Shown piece after piece: positions 12,927 to 24,359 of a stretch of DNA of 64,000 bases. The first letter of the stretch is position 1. Every line of letters starts with the position of its first letter. Below the pieces are notes generated by a model. The model did no database searches. It was not told where the DNA came from and worked only from the letters and a program-made list of their open reading frames with translations. The stretch lies in the NCBI RefSeq assembly GCF_036321535.1, contig NC_087472.1, positions 95,854,001 to 95,918,000 on the forward strand. The letters run 5' to 3'. The position numbers and the translations under genes are program-made. The DNA comes from Camelus dromedarius. Its lineage: Eukaryota.

Positions 12927-13200
12927 GAAATATAATGTAAGCCACATATGTCATTTAAAATTTTCTAGTAGCCATATTTAAAAAAAAAAACAACAAAAAT
13001 AGAACAGGTGAGGAAATTTTAAGAATGTTTCATTTAATCTAATACATCAAAATACTGTCATTTCAGTGTGTAATCAATATAAGAATACTAATGAAGTGTA
13101 TTTTTTGACACTTATATCTCAATTTAAACTGGCCACATTTCAAGTGCTCAATAGCCCTATGCGGCTAGTGGCTACTGACCATGTTGGACAGAACAAGTCT
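12918..13200. mobile_element. MER33-like hAT-Charlie element
   Basis: tccagtagaaatataatgtaagccacatatg...ttttctagtagcca...gccacatttcaagtgctcaatagcc...ggctagtggctac...ttggacag. Confidence 0.8.
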
Positions 13201-13229
13201 AGAAGTAGAAAGATCAATAAGATTTGTCT

Positions 13230-13480
13230 TGCGGGGTTGGGGGGTAGTTAAATAGGTGAAAGGGATTAACAAACCTCCAGTTGTAAAATAAAATAAATTA
13301 GCTTTGGGGATGTAACGTACAGCATAAGGAATATGGTGAATAATATTGTAATGACTTTGCATGGGGACAGAGGACTTATCATGATCACTTCATCATGTGT
13401 GCAAATGTCAAATCACTATTGTAATACACCTGAAACTAACGTAATACTGTACATCAAATATATTTCAATGGAAAAAAATT
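13230..13480 (+). mobile_element. L1 3' end (laurasiatherian/artiodactyl type), 5'-truncated
   Basis: ggggatgtaacgtacagcataaggaatatggtgaataatattgta...aatgtcaaatcacta...acacctgaaactaac followed by an A-rich tail. Confidence 0.8.
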
Positions 13481-13529
13481 TTTGACAAAATTTATAAAAT
13501 TAAAAAAAAATTTATCTAGGAATCCTGTT

Positions 13530-14170
13530 TAGAGGCCTGCCTGAACTATGGTACAAATGAAAACGGGGAGAGGTGAGCTGCAGGGTGGATTTAGAGGCAG
13601 AATCAGTTTATAGATTTTGGAGGTAGGGACTGGTTGTGGAGGAGGAGAGAAGTACCTACAGGATGACTTCTGGCCGGGGTGACAGGGTAGATGGCGAGTG
13701 CCACTGACTGGGAAAGAGAGGGCAAAGAAACAGCTCACAGGGTAAGAGAAACAGAATGGCTTCAGTGCTGGACATGTTGATTTTTAAAAAATGAAATACA
13801 GTTGACGTACAATATTATGTTAGTTGCAGGTGTGCTCCATAGTGATTTGACATTTGCATACATTACAAATTGATCACCAGGTAAGTCTAGTAATCCTCTG
13901 ACATGTTGTTTTTTTTTTTGAGAGAGGTTCCTGGGACATCGAAGTAGACATATCCGGAGATCATTAGGTATGCAGGTCATTCTGCAACAGGACCACCCCG
14001 GTGGAGAGCCAGCTGTGGGAGTCCGTGGTGTGTAGGGTACAGATGAGACCATCCACGGAGAACGTGTAGAGAGGGAAGAGAATGGGGGGAAAACTTGAGA
14101 AATCCCAACTGACAGCCTTCCCGGTGCCAAGCTGGTGTCCTTGAGTGCTGCTTTGGGGGAGCTGGCAACA
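13530..14170 (-). mobile_element. L2 fragment interrupted by a short L1 insertion
   Basis: Purine-rich L2-like text (caggatgacttctgg, ttcagtgctggacatgttga, tgggagtc, gatgagaccatccacggagaacgtgtagagaggga) on both sides of 13780-13899. Confidence 0.65.
13780..13899 (-). mobile_element. Short L1 3' end insertion with TSD
   Basis: Reverse-oriented L1 3' UTR (gaaatacagttgacgtacaatattatgttagttgcaggtgtg...). TSD gacatgttg at 13771-13779 and 13900-13908. Confidence 0.8.
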
Positions 14171-15055
14171 CTCAAACCTCCGCAGGAGAGGCAATGACAT
14201 ACGTGCAGGTTGCGTCCACCCCCTCCCAACCGGAAGCTGGTCTCCTCTTGGCCAGCTCTCTTCCTTAGCCCCAGCCCCATCACGACTGTTAATTCTAATT
14301 CATGGCTGCTACTTGCTTCTCTCTTCCTTTCCTTCTTTTTCTGCCTATATTCTTAGTCCCCTCTTGCTTCTCCTGTACTTTTTGGCTTTTTATAAACATT
14401 TCCAGGCAACCAGAACTCTGGACTTAAGAGCCGCTTGGCTGCTTCTGCTGTGGGCTGCAGAGCAAGGCGCTTCTCCACATGGCTCTGCCGTTTCCCGGTG
14501 GTGAGCTTACCATGCCAATTAGAGTGCTTGGTCAGGACCACATGGCCTGCTCTCCATCTCTCATGATGGCTAAGCCCAAACAGGTGTTCAGCAAAAATTC
14601 TGTAAGTTAGTTTAGGAGACAGTAGGGGCTTGAATTTCTACTATCTATTTATTGATCAAAGGTAAAAGAGAATGAATAATGGCTAAAATTCTATTCTGGT
14701 ATTTCCCAAACTATGTCCCACAACCAGATATATATGGGGAGAGCTGGCTTAAAACAAAATTAAATAGATTTCTCTATTGAGGGCCTCTTCTGGGTCTTAA
14801 ATATGGCAATATACACTGAAAACAACAAAAGGATAAGGAGGTAAAGAATGTAGCAGTTTTGAAAATTCTGTGGTCAGGGAACTCAGGAATACTAGTGGAC
14901 TGAATTACACAGAATGCAGATTTGGAACACTGCTCTTTTAAAATCACCCTTCAATTTTTATTTCTTTTCCTAAATGAGTCTATAAAGTCTATTTTGTTTC
15001 TAACAATGGAATTACTTTCCTAGGAAATTTTGCATTATATTTAAAAAAAGTTTTT

Positions 15056-15510
15056 ACTATTCACAATAGCCAAGACATGGAAACAACCTAAGTATCCATC
15101 AATGGATGAATGGATAAAGAAAATGTGGTGTGTGTATTATTCAGCCATGAGAAAGAAGGAAATCCTGCTGCTTGCAAAAACAAGGATGAAACTTGTGAGC
15201 ATTACGCTAAATGAAATAAACCAGACAGAGAAAGACAAATACCTCATGGTATCACTTATAACTGGAATCTATTTTTAAAAAAGTCAAGCTCATAGAAACA
15301 AAGAGTAGAAAATTGGTTGCCAGGGGCTGGAGGAAATAGGGAGAGGTTAGTCAAAGGACACAAACTATAAGATATAAGATAGGTCTGAGGATCTAATGTA
15401 ACACATGGTGACTATAGTTGATAACACTGCATTGCATAATTAAAGTTAGCTAAGAGAACAGAACTTAAATATTCTACCCCTGGCTCCCACAAATATGTCA
15501 GATGAAAAAG
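15056..15510 (+). mobile_element. L1MA-type 3' fragment
   Basis: ctattcacaatagccaagacatggaaacaacctaagtatccatcaatggatgaatggataaagaaaatgtgg... is canonical L1 ORF2 end / 3' UTR. Confidence 0.9.
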
Positions 15511-15534
15511 AAAGGTTTTAAAAGTAATTCCTCC

Positions 15535-15844
15535 TTTGTGTCTTTTTTTTAGATTCCACATATAAGTGATATCATATGGCATTTTTCTTTCTCTTTCTGG
15601 CTTACTTCACTTAGAATGACAATCTCCAGGTCCATGCAAAAGTGTGATTTTAGGATTTGCAGATACTAACTACTATACATAAAATAGATAAACAACAAGC
15701 CCTACTGTATAGCACAGAGAACTATAGTCAACACCTTGTAATAGCCTATAATGAAAAGGAATATATATATAAAAATAACTGAATCACTATGCTGTACACA
15801 AGAAAGTAACACAACATTGTAAACTGACTATACTTCAATTAAAA
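15535..15844 (+). mobile_element. 5'-inverted (twin-primed) L1 insertion
   Basis: Antisense L1 segment 15535-15637 joined to a sense 3' end ~15645-15844. Perfect 15-bp TSD aaaagtaattcctcc at 15520-15534 and 15845-15859. Confidence 0.88.
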
Positions 15845-16418
15845 AAAAGTAATTCCTCCAATAGAGGTTAGGTAGACTATTTTACTTCCCTCCTACTCTT
15901 CAGGACGTTCAATAATATAGCTTAAAAACGGGGTGGGGTGGGGGGTGGGGTTAGGTGTCTTTTGTTGTTGAAAGCTGAAAAACAACAAATTGGTTGGTCA
16001 AAGCCAACAAAAAGAAATTTACACATCTCTGAACAAATCCTAAACTGTGAGTAACATCAGATCAAAACAAACAAGTCTCTACCATCGTAAACAAAATAGA
16101 AGGCAACTCCACATCCAAGTTCTCAAAGCCCAGGACAGTTCCCATAAAGTCCAGGACAGCTGTTTACCCCTGCACACAGTGCAACCACGTTAGGAACAAC
16201 GGGGGCTGCCCAGTGCCGGTCGTGCTTCTGAGTCACTGACAGGGTAATGCCTTTTCATGTCATTAAAACCACAGTCAGGCAAATGGTGGTATCTGATTGT
16301 GCTCTTCTTGAGGGCAGAAAGTGGGTCCTTACCACACTCTAGATCTCTGGGGGAATTGCCCCACAGTGCCTGTCACACAGGAAGGCAGTAAACAAATTTA
16401 GTAAAACTCATTGATAGA

Positions 16419-16840
16419 CAACATGGATGGACCTAGAGATGATCATGCTGAGTGAAGTAAGTCAGACAGAGAAAGACAAATACCATATGATATCATTTAT
16501 ATGGGGAATCTAAAATATGACATAAATGAACTTATTTACAGAACAGAAACAGACTCACAGACAGAGAAAACAAACTTATGTTTACCAAAGGGGAATGGGC
16601 AGGGATGGCTAAATTAGGAGTTTGGGATTAGCAGATACAAACTACTATATACAAAACAGATAAACAACTAAACTAACCTACTGTATAGCACAGGGGCTAT
16701 ACTTAATATCTTGTAATAACCTATAATGAAAAATAATATGAAAAAGAATATATATACACCCAGCTGAATCACTATGCTGTACACCAGAAGCCAACATAAC
16801 ATTGCAGATCAACTGTACTTCAAAAAAAAAAACAAAAAAA
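16419..16840 (+). mobile_element. 5'-truncated L1 3' end with TSD
   Basis: caacatggatggacctagagat...gaatcactatgctgtacaccagaa...poly(A). 16-bp TSD with 2 mismatches at 16403-16418 and 16841-16856. Confidence 0.9.
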
Positions 16841-17229
16841 AAACCTCACTGATAGAAAAAAAGGAAAAAAGAATTCATAATGTTCTTGCTCTCATGAAAC
16901 TGAAAAAGTCCTTTTATAGCCTTTTTTTGGGAGCTAAGGCTCAAGTAACTAAGTGAGCAAGTGCAGTTAGCTGAGCTAGTAATACTCTCATCACCTTCGC
17001 CTGGGCCAGCCTGCCCTCTTAAGAAGAATAGCTCATTTAACCCCTATGAGACAGGGGCGCAGTTCTGGCACTTTTTCGAGTTGAGGATGACAGCTATTTC
17101 ATGATTTACTGTGGTCTACTGACCAATGAAGAATAAGACAATATCACCGAATGTGGCAGGCTGAACTTCGTACAGATTTGACTTTTGATGCTCACCATAT
17201 TTACTACTCATACAAATCAGGCTGAGGAA

Positions 17230-17520
17230 AACCTACCATAAATCAGATATCTAACACTAACAAATTATGCGCCCATTACAGATGACCTTTGGAGTTGCTC
17301 AAGGTACAGTCACAATCACGCATTAAAAAAAGCCGCCTTTCACTGTAATGTGTGAATGTATGAAATTAAATGAGGCTTGCAATGTAATCAGTGTGGTTGG
17401 CTGCCTTAATATATTCCATTTCAATTTCAAATCACCACAAGCCAAGAGTGACGAATCTAATTTGATCAGTTGTTCACAAAAACACAGAAAAGCAAATGTG
17501 GATCTAGCCACAAGGTTGTT
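17230..17520. promoter_or_regulatory. Candidate conserved non-coding element / enhancer
   Basis: Unique sequence with clustered ATTA/TAAT cores, TAATCA, TAATTTGATCA (17458-17468) and retained CpGs. Conservation is inferred only. Confidence 0.4.
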
Positions 17521-18224
17521 TTTTTTTTTTTAAAGGAATTAATATTTTCTACTATCACCAGAAGTCCTTAATGTATCTTTTTAAAAATAGTAATTAAAAC
17601 CAATTCCACACAAAATTCTTTCCTCACTGAAAATTTCAACCCTCACATTCAAAAGTTCAAAAGATACAACATTTAAGTAAAAGGTACATTTAATTTTTAG
17701 AGTCAATGATATACTTCAAATGTATCAAAAGAAAACAAAAATCAAAAGGTCTTATTTCTGACACTGAGAAACAGCAGGGCACTTAGAATCCATACAGGAA
17801 GTTCTCCAGCACTGATTATTACTCTCTAGCAAGAATCTGTATGTGAACACAACTCTTGATTTCCATCCCTATTGTAAGTGTGGGGCAACACAACTTACCA
17901 GTTTAGTCACTGTGACAATCTAGGCCTTGAGGTCCCTAGCAGCTGCCTCGCACAGCCTGCAACAAACACCATGTGCAGCCAGGAATCAGGGTGCTGAGCC
18001 CCATCACCTTTTCGAGTTGACATGCGCTTTAGACTCTCTTAACTAATACACAATTTTCAAGGCTTTAGTATTTTCCTGCAGGCCTGCATGCATCATTTTT
18101 AGAGAGAAAACATGGGATGTTTCCAGGAGCTGGACACTTGGTAGAGGAGGGCCTTCCTAAAGGCTCCTACAAGGGAAATACACACAGTCTAACGTCACAC
18201 ACCAAACAGTAGCCAGCTTACTAG

Positions 18225-18695
18225 TCATAAATCAGATCATGCCACTCCCCATTTAAAGCCTTGATGAGCTTCTGTGTTGAGGATAACAGTCACACCCTGA
18301 TCCAGGATCTAGCCCCTGCCTATCTCTCCAGCTTCATCTCCTATTACTGCCCCCTCTCTGGCTGTCCTCCGGTGACACCTGCCCCCTTGCGGCTGCAAGA
18401 TTTTTCAGCCCCAGGCTCCTCTCCCCTTGCCCTAGAATATCCTGTCTGCAGACTTCCCTACAGCTAGTTTCTTCTTGCTGTTCAGGTCTCAGCTCAAACG
18501 CCACCTCCTTACAAAGAACTTCTTATCCGCTTCCATCACACCCCTGCTCCCCTCATTTTACTGTTCCAAGAGTGGCTGTTATTGTCTGAAATTACCGTGT
18601 TTGTCTCTTGTAGAATGTGCAATGAGAACAGACATCTTGGCTACGCCTGGTACATGGTAGGCCATCAGCCAGTATTTATTAAATTAAGAATGAAC
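18225..18695 (+). mobile_element. L2 3' fragment
   Basis: aaatcagatcatgccactccc...gcccctgcctatctctccagcttcatctc...ttcaggtctcagctcaaa...gcctggtacatggtaggc...tatttatt. Confidence 0.8.
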
Positions 18696-21429
18696 CTATA
18701 AAAGAATACAGGACATAATACATGCTGAGAGGTACCGTAGAGGTATAGATGTTCAAGGATTTATTTTTAAATAGCTAGGAAGGATGCTGTAGAGCAAGAC
18801 TGGACTTGAGGTGGGATTAAAGTCTATGGAGTCTCCTGGCCCCTGCTGCAATTATAGGTCTGTCCTAGATTTAGATTATGGTCTTAGAAAATAAGCTGAC
18901 CTCAGTTTCATATCTGTAAAATGGAGAAAATAACTTCTATTTAGCAGATTATTTCAAAGAGTAACATTACCACATGTAAAGAGTCAAACTATTCAATAAT
19001 AAGGGACTGAAATAATTTATTTTTTATTTGCTTGATACTACCAATTACTACTGAGAGATCCTCTTAAATACAGATGAGTATGAATATATGGAGAGCCATT
19101 ATATATATCCCTGGAGATTAGAAAACTGCAAATACAAATGGACAGAGACAGAAGTAGTACCATTTCTAGAGTTTCAAACCAGTGATGGTTGATGTCTCTA
19201 TCACTTCCAATAAAATGTAATACACATTCCATTTCTTGAGACAAAGACCCAAAGATAATAAACTATTTACAAACTACAGGATTTATTAATTTACATTCAG
19301 TTGAATAATAGATGACTATAACAAAGGCTACTTATTAATTTTATTCTCCAGAGATGCTTTAGCCAAATCATGTCATAACAAAGACATCCCACAGCATGGC
19401 CTCTATCAGCACTGAACAAAGTAGCATTTTCCCTTCTGCTTTTTTCATTTGAGAAGGAAGGAACTATGGTGGCTTATTGGGCAGTAAATGTATTCAATGA
19501 CAGTAACCTTTTAGGATAATGAAAATCTCAAAACGGGTCAAACACTTGAAGCAGTAAGTACTGATTGCATCACGGAGGTACTATGCAACCAGCCCTCTTT
19601 GTGATACTAATTCTGAGGCTAGGTTTGGAGAATCCGTTGGAAAGGGAAGAGCACTAGGAAAAAACGCTATTAACTGAGAAGTACAAAAGGGAAGTAGCAA
19701 GGAGAGGTGGTTGGATTAAAAGTCCTAATTGAGAAAAATAAAAAGGGAAAACAGCAAATGTAGAGAAAGCAGTTTATATAAACTGGTCTGGTCAGAACCT
19801 ATAAGAGTAGAATGGATCATGTGAAGTTGTTTTTTTGGTAGGTCAAAAATGGTCAAATGTCAGCAGTTTTATATGATTCAAACTATACATTTACCAAAGC
19901 ACTTAGGATTCCTTGTTAGTACATAATGAATGATATTCACTAACTCATGTGTGAATTTTGTACAAGTTTAAACTCTGGCTTGTATTTGGGAACTTTACAG
20001 AGCAGTGTCTGAAATGGTAACCGTCAGACTCCTTTGTAGGCAAAAAACGCTTATATTTTTGTAGATTCAAACTCCCAAATTTCTTTTAAGAGCTGTTAAG
20101 CTTTCAGAAGGCATGCTCAGTTTCCAGAGGAAGACTGGTACAGAAATTTTAAGGCAGGAATTTAGAAGTGTTGAAATATTTCAAAGTCTGAATAAAGGCA
20201 AGATTCAAGAGAGCACCATGAAATATGAGTAACACGAACCTACTCCATAATAACTAGTATTTTTTAGGATGTTCAAGAACACTGTTATGGAGACATAGGA
20301 ATATATTTTAAAAATAACAAAGTGAGGATATTACGGCACATAAATAAACCTGTCATTGCAGTGACAATAAATCGGTGAAGTGGGGTGGGAAGATGAAAGG
20401 GGGAAAATTTCAGGTAAACACTCTAGTATTTAAAAACAAATGGTGCGTTTGGATAGCTAATGTGATAATTTGAATTACAGCATGTGGTATTCTAAAAAGG
20501 AGTGCTGCAGAGTTGCCCATGTGCTAGAAGGTGATTGGTTAAGCTTGTTCTGGTACTATTATAATAAAATATCTTCATCTGCATTTATGGAGGCGGGGGA
20601 GGAGGGTCTTTAAAGAAAGTGAATATAGTGATCAAATTGTTATGGAGGAAGAGCTTAAAACCACTCAGCCGCCAGAAAGTCTTTCTGTTAATTAGTCATG
20701 ACCAACATAAGGTAGTGTGGGAGGGGAGAGCCCAAGTGAAGGGTTTAATCCCAGGGCTAAGGAGATGACATTTGCATCTCAATGCTGCCTCTGGCTACAG
20801 GCTGACCAAATGGAGATGAAGCCCATTGACAAACTATATTTCACCAATTCTAAGATGAATCCCCTCCCTCATGTTTCAACACCTCCAAAATCAGGATGTC
20901 TTAAACCAATGCTATTTTAGATTTAATGATATGTGTTAATTAACAGAGAGGTTAGGAAACGACCATCTTTTTAAAAGTCACTCTGATCTAATTCAAACTA
21001 GCTATTATGTCTTGTTAGGTTTCTTTCATGATCCTGTAACAGTCACTAGTATCCCAGATCATAAAAAGACTAGATCATTAAAAGGAGACTGTCCTGGTCA
21101 TCTATTCATTTTCGATGTCTAAACACACCTCAAACTGTTCATTATCTGTACTAGGAGTCTTGGGATATTCTGTACATAAGAACCTTACCACTGGGACCTC
21201 CAACTTTGTTACAAAGAATGCTACAGTGTGTGATGAAGCCTCTATAGAGGGCAATCTACGCCGATACAGAAAACATTCAACTTATCCGCAACTCCCGGTG
21301 GAACGGATACTTGTCACCGGTAAGTAACAAGAGAAAACTTTATAGAAACCTCTTGATGAGTTTCATTAAACAGAGTAAGACTGTTCAATATGGAGACCGT
21401 GTGATGAAGAAAAAAAGAGCTCTAGACTC

Positions 21430-21620
21430 TGGCAGTCAGTAATCACATGTGGCTATTTTAATTTAAATTAATTCAAAAATCCAGTTCTTCAGTCACACAA
21501 GTCACATTTGAATTTTCAACAGCCACGTGTGGCTAAATGCTACCACACTGGACAGACAGCACAGATATAGAACATTTCCATCTATAAATGTGCAAAAAAA
21601 AGTCTACTGGATGGTGCTTC
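21430..21620. mobile_element. MER3/MER33-family hAT element
   Basis: cacatgtggctattt...cagccacgtgtggcta...ggacag...cagcacagatatagaacatttccatc...ctactggat. Confidence 0.75.
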
Positions 21621-21917
21621 TCTCCACTACCATCTGAAGCTAGGTTATACCCCAGCTGCTCCACTTAGCACCCAGGAATGTAGACAAAGTAATAAGCCTC
21701 ACTAATACTCAGGTTTTTCCTTAGTGAATCAAGTACATAATTTTTATCCTAACTTCCTGGGATGCTACAAGAATCAGAGCACCAGAAAAAGGTTAGCTAC
21801 TAGTAAGTTGCCTGTTTTTATGCGATTTGTATTTTAGGAAGGTGACTTTCATCTTTTTGCATTTTTAATATTTTACTGTTTAAATCACAAGTTTTATGAC
21901 CCCTTCCCATTTTTTAG

Positions 21918-21920
<3 letters not shown>

Positions 21921-21988
<68 letters not shown>
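21921..21988 (+). repeat. (GA)34 microsatellite
   Basis: Read directly. Confidence 0.98.
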
Positions 21989-21995
<7 letters not shown>

Positions 21996-22014
21996 GAAAG
22001 CATGCCTCTAGATA

Positions 22015-22345
22015 TTTTTAGCAAACAAATGCCTACAGTAGCCACATGAGTAAGAGAAATGAGTGAAGTGGGCTGCAGCGGGGTGGTGGCAAACTGGAGA
22101 ACTCGAGTTCTGCCTAAACCACTTTAGCTGCTACTCAGCTCTGGCTAACAGTTGCCATTCAGGAATGTTGACATAGTGTAGCCAGACACTGATTTTTGAA
22201 AGAAAGCCAGAAATATGGCTTTCTATATGAAACCTCTAGTTTAAAAAATATTAGCAACTAATTAAAAATGTCAAATTTCTTCAGGCAAATTTGAATATGC
22301 TAAGAGGTCATATGTGGCCCACGGATGCTGCCATGTGAGCTCTGG
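22015..22345. mobile_element. MER102-like hAT-Charlie element
   Basis: caaatgcctacag...aaatgagtgaag...tggcaaactggaga...gctactcagctc...gttgccat...agccagaaat. Confidence 0.75.
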
Positions 22346-24201
22346 CAGCTATATTCCTTCTCCATCCACGGTCCCATGCCTTCGGACACTTACAAATAAA
22401 TGCACCCAATTTACTCACCCTGTACCCCAGGGTGAAACAGAAAGGAACTCACTGTTTTATTTATCTTACATAATTACCACTCCCCAGTATTAAAGTTATT
22501 TCTAGGTTACTAAAATATAATACTTAAAAATCACACATGGACTTTAAATGTTTTAAGATAATAAATGAGCTAAATTTAAAAAATTAAGCATTTACATCCT
22601 CTTGAACCATATGCCCAGAAAAGAAAAGGATACAGAAAATCACACATTTTACTGTAATTAATTTCATTGCTACTCCATTGGAAAATTACTGGAAATCTGG
22701 GGAAGAACTACAATGCTTTATATAAAAGCCAAAGGTCTCTACTGATGAATGAGTTGAGATATTAAAAAAATATTCCTAATTTGGAAAGCTTACTGCCAGG
22801 AAGCAAAGCAAATCTTTTAATTCTCCCAGTAATTTAAATACCGTATACTCAAAAGCCCATTAAATTTAAAACGTTTCTGTACTATATATGGAAGCATACA
22901 GAATTTTTTATTCCAAGTGTACTTAACTGTATTTTATTTTTATCATATACCCACCCCAAGGAACCCGCAGTTGCAGCCCTTTTATTCAGCTGATAATTCA
23001 AATATTGTTTCTAATACAAATATATGGTTTATCACACTTATTTATCACTAACTTGGTACACTTCATAATCGCATTACAACCCCACTGCGTACTGAATACC
23101 ATTTACAGTTCAAACTACTCAAGGTAAGCAAGCACTGTTACTTTCAAGAGAAGATTGGCAGTAATTAAAGGTCTTACTTAGTAGTTGTTGGTAACCACGT
23201 TTTTAAGGAGGTAAAAAAAAAACCAGAAAGTAGTATGGATATATTTAATTTGGTAGTTGTATTTTATTAATGAGCTCTATTTTGGACATAAACTTTGGGG
23301 TTAAAACAAAGACGTGCTAAATTGTTATCAGTGCCACGAAACAGAATGACATGGAAGTGTTTTGTAATTCATCAATGAGAAGCACTGAAACATCTGTGAA
23401 CTACATGGCATAAAACTAAATCATACCAGAACACTAATAATAATAATAAAAAGAACAACAGTACTTTGCACTTACAGACCTCCTTCCCGAGGAATTTCGG
23501 AGTGCTTTTTAAACACATGTTATTTTTTCTTTTTTGAACAAATAAGACAACTAAATCAAAGAGTAATAATGGTTTGCCCATGCCACAAAGTGAGTCAGCG
23601 GCAAACCAGGAATAGATTGTTCAGTCTCCTACAATTATATTGTGCGATGATTACTCTGTTAGAGTATGTCTCGCAGGTTACACCCAAGACATAGGTTATC
23701 TCCACATTTCATGTAGGCTTAATACCCACCCCCACTCTAACCTATTAATACTGGGAAGTGTTTACAAATCCACACTGGCAGCAAGATGTGTGCCTGCCTG
23801 CTGCTCCACGAGGGTCCCGCGGGGAGACAAGAGCAAAGCAGACTACCAGCCTCTCAGCCACTCCCACCTTCCCCCCTGCAGACAGCCTTCCGGAGACAGC
23901 CTCCAGGCATTTTGAGAGAGCAGAAAGATGGGTAAAACCAAACAATGAATTTTGAGTGCTGGGAAAAATTCAAAGATGGCAAGGTCAAGAAAGAGCTGTG
24001 AATCAAACCCACAAGCAAACTGGCCAGCTGCTGTGATCCGTATAGCGGCTCTGGAGGGCAGGGGCTGGGCCTGGGCAGGGGCAGTCCTCATGTGAAGTCA
24101 ATGTTTAGACTTTTTCGTTCATTCCACTAGTAGAGTAGGGCATCTATTTGATTTATATAATGTAAGGGTTTGAATCAAGAAATTTCTAGTCTAGAATTTA
24201 C

Positions 24202-24216
24202 GCCGCCATCTCCTGG
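24202..24216 (-). promoter_or_regulatory. CTCF-like binding motif
   Basis: Minus strand CCAGGAGATGGCGGC matches the CCASYAGRKGGCRS core with one mismatch. CpGs are retained in CpG-poor surroundings. Confidence 0.5.
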
Positions 24217-24274
24217 AGGTGCATGGAATCACAGCCCACCTCTATTAGGAGTTATCAGAAAGTAGGTAAGTTAT

Positions 24275-24359
24275 GGGGGGAGGGCATAGCTCAGTGGAAG
24301 AGCGCGTGCTTAGCATGCACAAGTTCCTGGGTTCACTTTCCAGCACCTCCATTAAAAAA
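24275..24359 (+). mobile_element. tRNA-Ala-derived SINE (vic-1 type, short tail)
   Basis: ggggagggcatagctcagtggaagagcgcgtgcttagcatgcac...cacctcca plus an A run. TSD aaagtagg(t/c)aagt at 24259-24271 and 24360-24372. Confidence 0.88.

Noticed and set aside
13762..14283. 173-aa minus-strand ORF
   Set aside because: Runs across L2 and L1 remnants; a chance open frame.
17072..18020. Repeated 12-mer ttttcgagttga about 940 bp apart
   Set aside because: No enclosed element structure; compatible with chance.
21115..21327. CpG-containing ORF with splice-like signals on both strands
   Set aside because: No recognisable protein in any frame, and the acceptors are weak.
24275..24351. tRNA-Ala(AGC) gene
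   Set aside because: Mismatched acceptor and T stems, an A tail, TSDs and three sibling copies identify it as a SINE.
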